From Octopus sinensis (Eukaryota), in NCBI RefSeq assembly GCF_006345805.1, contig NC_043006.1, forward strand, positions 36,642,001 through 36,706,000: a stretch of 64,000 nucleotides of DNA, read 5' to 3'. The position numbers and the translations under genes are program-made. This document shows, in pieces, positions 52,096 through 64,000 of the stretch (the first letter of the stretch is position 1; the number at the start of each line of letters is the position of its first letter). A model generated the notes under the pieces. The model made no database searches. It saw only the letters and a list, made by a program, of their open reading frames with translations, and was not told the DNA's origin.

Positions 52096-55000
52096 TCATC
52101 CTACACCATCACAAACACCGACAACAACTTCATCTGTCAAAAACATGAGCAAGTAGGAGAAAAATTCAATGGGATACATAGATGCTAACCATTCCAGCTG
52201 TTCATGTTTTACTGCAGACTTCTTTAAAACAGTGGTTAGTGTGTGGGAGATGATCTATTGGTAATAATGGTGGTAGATGATGTGATAATGTGGAGGATAA
52301 TGGGGTGGTTGTTAATGTGCTAACGTTGGAGATTATACTATTGATTGGCATCTTAGTGGTTGAAGTTGTGGTGTTGGCTATATTTAACCAATCATAAGAT
52401 CCCTCAGAACAACACTCCCACACACACACCTATTTGCTCTGGGTCCAGGGAGAGGGGTGGGGAATATAAGAGAGATCAATGAAGTTAATAATTATTATAC
52501 ATGTGCACAGACACGGTGTAGATGTACATGTAATTACAGAGTATTATTGGCATGTTATATTTGTCAAAACAAATATCTATTACAGCTTATCTCTTACTCA
52601 ATGACAATGATGAGCATTACAAGTTGAGTAGGCAGAGAGAGGAGAAGGAAGAGGAGGCAATGCCAAGGAAGTAACACATGGAGGAAAGGAGAAACAGAAT
52701 TAGGAAATGGAGAAGAAAGAACAGCATCTACAACAAAAAGATAGCAGAGAGAGGAAGAAAAAAAATAGTTAACAAAAAATTCAATTACATTTTATTTATT
52801 TCAAATATCTTTTCCCACAGTGGTTGACTTTTTGTGATCTCCTTGCCCTTCACTATCAAAGGCCCTTGATAAGAACCCCATTAAAGCTTATTTGGTCTTT
52901 ATCTACAGACAAGTTATGAAACTGATAGAGAGCAAACTTAACCATTCAAAACACCCTGAAGCAAACTACAGCAGCTGAAGGAGTTGGAAATGAAGTTGTT
53001 GACAAGATTGCTAAAAGTGGTTCTGGCTATTTCTCAAGAAATAAAGAGAGAGACATTTTAGTGTAAACATATTAAAACTACATTTTAGCAAAACAATGAG
53101 GGAGCCTTTATGCAGACAGTTGCAAGAAATAGCAGTTACAACTCCCTCAAACCACACACTGTTATCTTAGATAAGCAAAGACAAGTTTCATAGATATATT
53201 GGTTCAAATTTTGGCACAAGGCTAGCAATTTCATGGGATGGAGTAAGTTGATTACTCCAACCCTAGTGCTCAACTGTTACATATTTCATCAACCCTGAAA
53301 GGATGAAGGCCAAAGTCAACCTCAGCAGTATTTGAACTCAGAACATAAAGACAGACAAAATGCCACTAAGCATTTTATCTCGCATGCTAATGATTCTGCC
53401 AGCTCACTGCCTTAATTTCATAGATTTATAAAAGATGGGATGGTCATTGCTTGAATATCTCTGATCACAGATCTTCTTCATTGGAGCAAACTTGGGGCTA
53501 AAATACAAGCCATTACCATGAATTGGTTTATCAGTCAAACAATTAGTGGATGTATGTATGAATATATGTATGCCTGTAGCTAGCTAGACAGACAGACAGA
53601 TATGTGGTAGATCATGGGCACAACACCACTGATGTCTATGACCAAGACACATTATTCACACCCAGAGTACAACTCACTGCAAATAGCTACCATGATACCT
53701 TGAGACAAAATAGTAGCAAGACCTCCCTAAAATCACATCCAAATATCTTAATGAAATGAAATTACACATAGAATTATGTAATCCTAGATGCACTATAGCT
53801 GGTAAAAAAAAAAAAAAAGATCATAATGGCTGGATCATCATGGCTAGATTTAGAGGGTACTTCACTGATCAAGAATGAACTGAGACTAAACAAGAACTGG
53901 TTGTATCAACATACAACAGAACTATGAGCAAGGAAAAACAACTATCACTGTTATTATACTATGATTTTGAACTGACAATAATAATAACAAAGATGAATAA
54001 GGGTATATTAATAACAAAAACTGTTGATTTATCAAAATTACTTCTGCTTCCAGAATGAATGTGTGTACTAAACAACCAGAAAACAAAAAAAAAAGCTTTT
54101 TTTCTTAAGGGTAATTTTTATATTTATTTTCACTTTAGCATTAAAACCAGCTAAATATTCTACCTGTTTTATGGTCTACTGTGTTAGCAGTGTGCTTTAC
54201 ATCACTTGTTAAGGTTTTATGGTCTAACCTACCAGATCTACCCTACAATTTCATAATTACATTATCAAAATCTTGAAGCTATGAGATAATGCATGGTTAA
54301 TTCAAGACAATGTGAATAAATAAGCATCACATTTGACAAGAGTAATCTGAATGCTAAAGGGTTCAATAAATACAAAAATCTGTGAAAATTTAGAATCTCA
54401 TAGTCAAAAAGTGCTGCAACATATTCTCTTTGCATATCTAACATCAGCATAAATTCATTGAGATTCCTGCAATGCTGTCAAACAAATGTATAAATAGAGA
54501 AAACTCGATGCACTTTTTCTATCACTTTCTTCTGTGTCATCACCATCATCTACCTCGTTTGATAAAGGAGGCAAGTCAGAAAAAATTGCTGTATAAATTC
54601 TCCATTCCTGACTTGGCTTCTCCTATCGATAAGAGCCATTTATGTTTTGACACATTTAATGAAAGAGATGCTGGGCACCAATTGATGATGGCCACATCTA
54701 TGTAAAATTTTTGAAACATCAATTTATGTTGTCTGCTATTTAAGGGTTAATAGATATCAAAATGGACAGGTATATATATATATATGATCAAAGAGACTCC
54801 AAAGAGACTGGTGTTGGTTTGAGTTGGCAAGGCATTTAGTAAAATCCGTAAATAAGAAAATTGCAGCAAAGCTGCATTATAGTGGTGCCAGATGTGGCGC
54901 ACAGACAATCATATAACTTATTTGACATTGCATTTTTATTCCCTTCCCTTTTATTCTGACAAGTGCATTGCATTTGTATTCTTCTCTTCCATTTCATGTT

Positions 55001-55919
55001 CAGTGTACATATGCACATTGCATGTTCGTACTTCTTTTTCTGGTTCCTACTCAAAACTTTACAGATGACAACCATCTCACAAACCTGCATTCATGAGGAG
55101 AGCTTTGTACTCCAATGGTTGTGAAAAAAAAGTACAGTGAACTCGCCATGCTGAGTGGAAAACCCTGTGTTTTCAAGTCTTTCTTCACAGAAAAGTTGAC
55201 AGGAGAGAAATTAATGAGAGAAAGCAGAGTTTTATATAACTGTGTGCAACCAGTCAACTTTTCTTTAAAGAATGGATTTTCCATTTCCCACAGCAAGTTC
55301 ACTATACACTTTTTATCAATCTTACTATATGCAGAACTTATATATTCATTAAGGTAAATATTTAGACAAAATGAGAAATGGGTAATAAAGAAAAATTTAG
55401 AGGTAAAATTTAAGAGATAACACACATTCACACTTAACATATACTGACATTTTTAGAGCAAGAAATAAACCACACAGACAGATTTCCTTTGTTGTTCCAA
55501 GAATCTTATGGGAGATAAATACTTAAAAAAAAAATACCCTCATATGAGGGAGCAAAGAAGAGAATTATGAAATACTAGTCCCATTTCAGTGGTTCTTGGA
55601 GATCCAACAATGCTTGTGGTTTCTGGGACCAAATACTTTTACTGTTGACATGAATAAATCTCAACTGTAATTTACTGTAGAGAATCCAGGTATCATACAC
55701 ACACATGCACACACACTCACTCACACACAAGGACATATAACAAAAGCCATTTGTACATTAGTGTATATTTACTTAGCAATCAACAAATGTTGACCTCCAA
55801 GCAAGTTGTGGCATCTCTTCTCTCCTTATCACAGTAAGTTTATCCATTAAGCTTTTATGTATGTACATAAATGTATGTTTCTATATATGTTTGTGTTTGT
55901 GTGTGTGTATGCATGTATG

Positions 55920-55968
<49 letters not shown>

Positions 55969-56599
55969 GATATGCTAATATGTATCCATGTGTGCATGTA
56001 GGTTGTCTAAATAGAAACATGAATATATTTACAACACACTCACATATAGATAACTACTTACATGCACACACACATGTATTATAAATTTACAAATACATAT
56101 GCATATACACACGCACCACAACACACTCACACAAGTCCAAATAATTGAATGGATAAGTTATAACACACAAGCATATACATGGATAGCTTGTGGAAGAACC
56201 AAGACAACTGTACACTTACCAAGTATTAACACTCTAAGACCCAATGACTATGTTCTTGTAATTTTTTAAAATTACACTTTTAAATTAATTTAGTCATTCA
56301 GCCATCAGTTTGATTAAGTCTCTTTATATCAAAGACCAATTTCATTTTTGTTTGATGGTCCTATCAATGTAAGAATGTTACACACACATAGTCTTGTTCT
56401 AAACAAACCTGGGGATAAAGTGATTTTAACAATCTTCATCCCGGTACTGGGTTTCGGAATTTGAAATGTGAACAAAGATTGCCAATTATTCACTGACACA
56501 GTTCTTAATTATTAACTGCTACCATAACAATCAATCAGGTGATGAAAGTGAGATATCAAATTGTTAGATCAGATGATGAAAGTTACAGAGGGGGCCATA

Positions 56600-57535
56600 A
56601 CCCAATAAATTAGGGAGAGAATTAGTGTTGATGAGATGCAGTTCAGATTTGTGCCAGGCAGGAGCATGACTCCTGCTATATTCCTGGTTAGGCAACTGCA
56701 GGAGAAATGTCAAGCAAAAAAAAAAAAATCCTTTGTCAACATGGAGAAAGCCTTTGACAGAGTTCCCTACTCCTTTATCTGGTGGTCAATGTTGAAGCTA
56801 GGGATAGATGAGTGGTTGGGGGGAGCTGTACAAAGTATGTATATGGATGCTATTAGTAAGGTGAAGGTTAGCAATGAGTATAGTGATGAATTCAGGGCAC
56901 AAGTAGGGGTTCACCAAGGATCAGTCCTCAGCCCTCTTTTGTTCATCATAGTCCTCCAAGAAATAACAGGAATTTAAGACAGGCTGCCTCTATGCTGATG
57001 ACCTTGATCTTATAACTGAATCACTGCCAGAACTTAAGAAATTTCAGACATGGAAGCAAGGTCTAGAATCAAAGGGCCTTAGAGTCAATCTAGCATAAAC
57101 CAAAATCTTTATAAGTAGGCGAACAGACAAATCACAAATCTGTTCAGGTAGATGGCCCTGCTCGATTGGTAGAAAAGGTGTAGGTAGAAACTTCATAAGA
57201 TGTACCCAGTGTAAGATATGGACACATAAAAGGCGCAACACTATCAGAGAAGGGTTAAGAGGGAAAATAGTTTCCATGTGTGGAAGGTACACAGATACCA
57301 TTAACACTAAAAATGTATAGAAATAAACTTCATCACATGCCGGGGCGGAAAACTAGAAGTAGTTGATAGCTTCTGTTACCTAGGTGACCAAATCAGTAGC
57401 AGAGGTGGATGCTAGAATAAGAATAGGCTGGGTAAAGTTCAGATAGCTCCTACCTCTACTGGTAACAACGAGACTCTCTCTCAGAGTGAAAGGCAGACTG
57501 TATGATGCCTATGTGTGAACAACCATACTACACGG
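56600..57535 (+). pseudogene. RTE LINE reverse transcriptase fragment (frameshifted)
   Basis: MQFRFVPGRS..AIFLVRQLQEK..EKAFDRVP..GVHQGSVLSPLLFIIV..LYADDL. Confidence 0.9.
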
Positions 57536-57548
57536 CAGAGGAACATTC

Positions 57549-57809
57549 CCCACACTTTCCATTGCGTTGTTACCTTTATTGAACTCATAAAGAAAAATAT
57601 GCCAAATATGCTCCTTTGTCACTTCCATTATAGCTTTGAAAAAATAACTTAAAATCAAACTGCACTCTCCAAAACTTGCACTAAGAATAAGCACAAGGTA
57701 AAATTACTACCTGCTTTTATAACAAGTTCATGCAGGTAGTTTATCCCGTCCTCCTCTGACTTTTAGTTCATGCAACTGAAAAAACTGAATTATTTATGGG
57801 ATGACCCAA
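57549..57809 (-). mobile_element. 5' fragment of the same mariner family
   Basis: TTGGGTCATCCCATAAATAAT terminus at 57809; MEVTKEHIWHIFLYEFNKGNNA; homologous to 7077-7340. Confidence 0.85.
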
Positions 57810-58556
57810 TATATATATTTTTTATTTGTTTCAGACATTTGACTGCGGCCATGCTGGAGCACTGCCTTTAGTCAAGCAAAGTGACCCCAGGACTTATTCT
57901 TTGTAAGCATAGTATTATTCTATCTATTTTATTGAACCACTAAGTTAGTGGACGTAAACACACCAGCATTGGTTATCAAGCAATGTTGTGGGGACAAACA
58001 CAGACACACAAACATACACACACACACATATAAATATATATACATATATACGACGGGCTTCTTTCAGTTTTCGTCTACCAAATCCACTCATAAGGCTTTG
58101 GTCAGCCCAAGGCTATAGAAGAAGACACTTACCCAAGGTGCCACACAGTGGAACAGAACGGAACCATGTTGGTTGGTAAGCAAGCTACTTTCCACACACC
58201 CACTCCTGCATCTATATATAGTTTTAAATTAAACTTCAGAGAAACAGTACTGAAATGGTCAGTTTTATTATCTTTAAATGCTAGATTTTATTCTTTACTC
58301 TATTTAAGACTTTCTTCCTTATAATCTGATCATGACGATAGAATTACAAATTATAGTCAACCTGACCGCCCCACGCACCAGCTATTATGGAAGGAATTCC
58401 CTGATGTATATTCTGTAGCAGGAACATTTCCACTGTATGATGACATCAGGTAGCCAGTAACTGTAGACAAGCTTTGCATAGCATTCTACAAAGTTTTTTA
58501 CCCAAATCTTGGTGTGCATGTGTGTGTGTATAGGTATGTATGTGTATGTATGTATG

Positions 58557-58779
58557 CAGTAATTCCTTGTCATATCACAGTTCACCTATCACGGTTTATT
58601 ATTTAAGCTTACATTGATTCCTCCATGGTGCTGTTTTGCATTTATAATAAAATAAGTATATACAAATTATAAAAATAATTTTAAAAATAAATAGTACATT
58701 ACTGCTCCTACTTCGCAGATTTTCACCTATCGCACAAGGGTTTTGGAACGTAACACCTGCGATAGTCAAGGGATTACTG
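58557..58779. mobile_element. Tigger/pogo-like MITE (a split copy lies at 32475-32577 and 33205-33292)
   Basis: CAGTAAT...ATTACTG termini with TA flank; internal sequence shared with the split copy. Confidence 0.7.
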
Positions 58780-59673
58780 TATACTGATTACATATCTTTC
58801 CTATCAAGTTATAAAAGGCTATGACCCTTCCCTGGAAATCTTTGGAGAAAAGCTGTTATTCGCTGACTTCTCTAGAGTAAAGATTATTTGCCAACATAAC
58901 ATGGCAGTTCTGGTTTAGGATGAATGTTGCTGTAATTTAGCCCCAAGAGACATCATCTCCAGCTAGCTATATGACACAATCTGTGTCCTTATCACAGCAG
59001 GATCCTATTGACTTCTCTGTCCTGTGATATCCAGAAATGTCAGTGGATAACAACTTTTCTCCCAAGATTTCCTGGAGAGGGGTTGTAACCCTGGAGTATT
59101 GAAATACCAGTTGAAACTATCAATCAGTATTACTCTATAATTTGCACTGTTTTGGCTTAGTGGTTAGGGTGTTGCACTTATGATCGCTAGATTGTGGGGT
59201 CAATTCTCTGAGTGGGTGGCACATTGTGTTCTTGAGCAAAACACTTTATTTGACATTGCCCTGCCGTCACTTCAACATCTGACATAGGGCACACATGAGC
59301 ACCTATACATACGTCAATTTGATTGCAGGAGTGAACTTTTGTAAACACTAACATCTATTCACTATAAACTAAACATGTGTTATTCAGCAAGAAGCTGTGG
59401 ACCCTTGTCTGCCATCTAATGACAGAAAAGTTCATAGTATATATGTATGATGACATTGATAAATATATGTATATAGGTATTTCTGTATATATAAACATAA
59501 GCATATATATAAAGACTCTTCTATTTTTCCTGAGTATTAAACTAATACACCAGTTTGTTGTTCTTACATCAGTCTTCGTCTTTTGTTTTCTTTATATTTG
59601 AATTGTGTGTGTGAGCATGTGTGTGTTTGTACATATATATATATATATATATATACACAACACATACAAATGT

Positions 59674-59733
<60 letters not shown>

Positions 59734-60169
59734 GTGTGCATGTGTGTACATGCATTATTTACACACACTACTAGAAATGTTATCTCTTAAAGATATATCT
59801 ATTAAAATTCTATTCCAAAAACCTAAAGCTAATATATTTTTAATTCAATTTATCAAGTTAATAAATATTATATAAACAAGTTTATAGCCAAATATTTGGC
59901 ACCAGTTATTTGCATTTCTGCTTATGTTTGTTTACCAAATTCCTTACGTAGGCACACGTAGAATGCCCTGTTTAAAACAAACAGATAAATATATTCTAAC
60001 ACAGATTTGAAAAGTACATGTCCTCCCAAGTTTAAACTGCTTTCTCACGAAGTCAAAAATGACATGCAGTCAGTTAAAAAAAAGTACAACCAGACATGGT
60101 ACACTTCAATATTGCCCCAATGTTAAGAAGTTCACTTCAAAATCATGAGGTTATTGGTTTGGTCACACT

Positions 60170-60780
60170 ACCTGGTACCCCTTTGTCAAAGGCAGTGTGA
60201 AGAGGAGGTCAGATGTTATGCCCACCTCCCCAGCCCTATTTGCAACAGCAAAAGACTGGGAACTGAAAGTTAGCCTGGCAAAGTAGCTGAAGTTCTCAGA
60301 AACTGTCATGTCAACATTACTAAGACCAGGCATGGTACTGAATCAAAGGCATCTAAGCAGGTGATTCCGTTAGAACTTTCCTGAGAGGACTGCATTTAGA
60401 AGACTATAATGAGAGAGAAAAAAGTAATATGCTGAGTGAACCTGTGAAGGTATGCTAAAGCAATGGGTAGCGAGTATGATCCTACTCAGGCAGGATGCAG
60501 AGAATTTATAGCCAATCCTGCTGCACAGCTTACAACATGCTGGGCATCACAGAGACCAGTAGGCAGAAGGCCATCGAACTGGCTATGGAGGCAACAGAGA
60601 TTGCTTCAAAGTGGCTGTAAATAAGAAGTGAGAACTGGTAGAGGCAATGCTAGCAAGGGTAATGCTAATTAGACACAAGCTGGGACTTGATTAACCCTGA
60701 GTGGGTCAACTGGGTGAGCGTGTCTGATTAATGAAAGACATGGAGCACCTAGTGACCTCAGGAAATGTCACAGAATTATG
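60170..60780 (+). mobile_element. HERO-clade non-LTR retrotransposon 3' remnant (restriction-like endonuclease region)
   Basis: TLLRPGMVL..KQVIPLELS*EDCI..YNMLGITETSRQKAIELAMEATEIASKWL; resembles RPDxV..LELTVPWE of REL domains. Clade assignment is from memory. Confidence 0.65.
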
Positions 60781-60823
60781 TAGGGAAAAACTCTGGTAAA
60801 TGTTTTCTATCATAGCCTGAGTT

Positions 60824-61390
60824 TGTAGCGGCTGTCATTGGCTGTTCAAATGCGTGTTATTAAATAGATAAACAGTTAGTATGAATCACCATAAGACTTT
60901 TTTGTGTATAAATATATTGTTTATTCTGTGTTCACCTATTGTAGTGGAAGTATGTAGTATGATACAAAAACATGTGTGTTTGCATACAAATAAAGTTCTA
61001 ATTTTTACTTTTGCACAGAAAGAAGTAACATATAATATTTGTATTACAGTATGTATGCATGTGTGCAATGAGAACAGTCATTTTGAGAATGTGTGTGTGA
61101 CAAAATATCTTTGTTACAAACCATATGTCTTGTGTCGAGGTGATAGACATGCAAGTCGCACGTGGGAGATTGCACATGGAGCTGCAGAGAAGACATGTCT
61201 TTGGCCAAGGCCTGGCAGGAACTGAGGACGTTTTCACCATGTAGCTCAGAACGAGGCTACTGTATCAAAGCAAAGCTAGTGTATCAAAGCAAGGCTAGTG
61301 TATCAAAGCAAGGTTAGATGCCTCATCGATATATTTGTCTGCTGTGCAGGTCAACTCACATATTACTATGTAATGTGTAGCTCTGCTACA
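60824..61390 (-). mobile_element. Solo LTR, same family, opposite orientation
   Basis: TGTAGCGG...CTGCTACA termini, AGTT/ACTT flanks, internal 19-bp triplication at 61261-61317. Confidence 0.7.
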
Positions 61391-61569
61391 ACTTCATTCA
61401 AAACTTGTGAGTAAAATTGAGAAGATAGAAACTGTCGAAGCCTATCTGGACTATACTGAAATTCAAATTAAAGGGCTGGCTAATCTTGTTAACTAGTATC
61501 ATGCTGAGTTTCCTTGAGGATCACTAAGCTATTTGCTTTATACTTCCATCACACACATTACACTATACC

Positions 61570-61990
61570 AGGAGTGGCTGTGTGGTTAGTAGCTTGTTTA
61601 CCAACCACATGGTTCCAGGTTCAGTCCCACTGCGTGGCACCTTGGACAAATGTCTTCTACTATAGCCTCGGGCCGACCAAAGCCTTGTGAGTGGATTTGG
61701 TAGACAGAAACTGAAAGAAGCCCATCGTATATATGTATTTATATATATATGTGTGTGTGTGTGTGTGTGAGTTTGTATGTCTATGTTTGTCCCCCCAACA
61801 TCGCTTGACAGCCGATGCTGGTGTGTTTATGTCCCCGTCACTTAGCGGTTCGGCAAAGAGACCAATAGAATAAGTACTGGGCTTACAAAGAATAAGTCCT
61901 GGGGTCGAGTTGCTCGATTAAAGGCGGTGCTCCAGCATGGCAGCAGTCAAATGACTGAAACAAGTAAAAGAGAGAGTAAAGAGAGAGTAT
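61570..61990 (+). mobile_element. Full-length tRNA-derived SINE, family A (CORE-like), with an internal TA/TG microsatellite
   Basis: GGAGTGGCTGTGTGG head, GGTTCAGTCCC B-box-like motif, MIR-core-like ACCTTGGGCAAGTG, GACTGAAACAAGTAAAAGAG tail. Confidence 0.85.
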
Positions 61991-63544
61991 GTAGCTTAAT
62001 TTATCACTGATTTATTCATCACTGACCTTGGATAACATAGTATGCTCAATTGTGAACCACATTACACTTACCATGGCTTAATCTGTGGTAACACCAGTTT
62101 GGTGATCAACTGAAGATTCTGCTTGTACTGCAAAAGTATGCCCAACTAACCATATATAATGCTCAGCTGCCCAGAATGTACTGACTATTGCTTATGTTTG
62201 CATGGCCATGCTGTGAGGTTGTCTATCTTTTTATATGGATTGATGTATTTGTACCTGTTCTGAGAATGCAATGAACTGTGTATATGCATGTTTATGTTGT
62301 TTGTGTATATATGTTTATACGAAAATATACATTCTGTTCATGTATGTATTTTTATATGTAACTATTTTGGCTTGCTTTTCATTTACCAAACTGCATCATG
62401 TCATTGTAGTTAACTCATTCTCAACTCACTGGCGAAAATTATTATTTGTCTACCATATCTGTCAAAGAAGTTGAATAAAGCCATATTTCCAATACGGCAA
62501 TTCTGTTCTCCTTACAGACGCTCGTCAGTCTGAAACTGTCTGTTTTGTACTCTAGTACTGAAATTTCAGTACCCATCAACATGGGACCAATGAACAGAAA
62601 AAATACAAAGGCCCCTGATCCTCACAAATGACATAGACAAATGTATTCTGAACAGAAAAAGTTTGAGGTGACCAAGAAAATACAAGATGGTGGAAGCTTC
62701 ACTGCTGTGGACTGTGTGCTTGGTGGCAATGAATCTTTCATTCCATTTACAAAGTCTACAAAGATGATTCACTTATCACAGTGTTATTTTGGAACCAAAC
62801 TCTCATGATAGACAAGGATAGATGTAGTGATATACATACAGCAGTGTTGTTTAGCATATTTTACTGGTTATTCAAACCTAACCTTCTTCTACATTGTCAC
62901 ACTGATCCTCTACGAAGATTATGTTAAGGCTATAAATGTCTGTAGAATACTCAGTCACTGATGCTTATTATTCATATCCACTTACATTATAATTCATTGA
63001 CTAGATTGTTTAGAGATAATCAAACAACTAGGATATTTGCATCAAAAGTGATGGCGGTGTAGGTGCAGCTATGTCATAAGAAGTTTGCTTCCCAACCACA
63101 TGGTTCTGCGTTCAGTCCTACTGCATGGCATCTTAGGCTAGTGTCTTCTACTATAGCTCTGGACCAACAAAAGTGAGTAGACTTAACAGAAGCCTATCAC
63201 GTGTGTGTGTGTTGCTGTCTCCTGGCTTTGACATCATGTGATAGTTGTAAATGAGAGCCACTGTCATGAAATCCTCTGTAGCCATGGGGAAATATTAGTT
63301 TGCTTGGAAACAGGCAACCAGCTGTAGATGATCATGATCTTATTCACTTGAACACATTTGTTCAACAGAATAATCCTATCTATTGATTTTTGGCAATGAT
63401 GATCAACCCTGGTTTTATTTATGTTTAAATCAGCCCCTAAGGACAAAGTAAATACATCTGAAAAATTTCATTTAGAAACTTGTTAAACAATGTTTGTATT
63501 TTCAATATGTTTCAATGTGGCAAGATGTTCATCAAAACACACAC

Positions 63545-63660
<116 letters not shown>

Positions 63661-64000
63661 CAAATAAAAAACAGAAGATGGAGTGTATGAGAATTTATTG
63701 TTAATCATGATAATTGTTTCGACACATCTAGCATCGATTTCTTTTGGGTGGGACACTCAACAACTGGGTATCTCTGCTAGTATGTTATATTTGTTTCCCT
63801 TGATTATACGCCATTGAAAAACATGGTCATTAACAAAACTATTAGCAAATAAATTAAAAGCCTTTGAACTTCTGAGAACATCAATGACACAATAGAAAAC
63901 CAAGGATTAAATACCTAGACTATCAACAACAAAATTAGACTCTATGAAAGAGTTAAAAAGTAGTTTACAAAACATTAAAGTACAAATAATAATAGTGATG

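Noticed and set aside
52980-53021. GVGNEVVDKIAKSG, resembling an RNase H C-terminal motif
   Set aside because: Short ORF bounded by stops, with no other RNase H or RT motifs nearby; compatible with chance.
54836-55440. Cys-rich and 129-aa ORFs as a possible gene or transposase tail
   Set aside because: No recognisable domain and no consistent splice signals.
61940-61970. SINE tail hairpin AGTCA-AA-TGACT followed by GAAAC-AA-GTA, resembling half a hammerhead
   Set aside because: No CUGANGA core in any copy, and the stem III loop is too short.
62510-62572. CTGACGAG (minus) near GAAAC-T-GTC (plus), plus the perfect 18-bp palindrome GTACTGAAATTTCAGTAC
   Set aside because: The two hammerhead halves lie on opposite strands; a single short palindrome is not interpretable.

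Overview
AT-rich, repeat-dense animal DNA. The SINE, RTE-LINE and microsatellite content suggests an octopod cephalopod (inference; not confirmed by search). One protein-coding gene is supported: an intact GAPDH on the minus strand, with 9 coding exons over about 26 kb (37161->11083). All introns are GT-AG, and the spliced CDS is 1002 nt (333 aa) with NAD-binding GFGRIGR and catalytic ASCTTNCL motifs. Its 5'-UTR exon was not located. The rest is intron or intergenic sequence filled with tRNA-derived SINEs, truncated RTE and HERO LINEs, mariner/hAT/piggyBac/Tigger remnants, a non-autonomous Helitron, two solo LTRs and microsatellites. Nearly all short ORFs in the supplied track are repeat artefacts. 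The most notable finding is three minimal type I hammerhead ribozyme motifs in two unrelated non-coding elements. The first is a 352-bp tandem-plus-inverted unit (30996-31753, retrozyme/Penelope-like) in a GAPDH intron, about 240 nt from a splice acceptor. The second is a 1.24-kb element (46615-47854) whose hammerhead has a greatly extended, structured stem II. Ribozyme activity is predicted from motif and pairing only.
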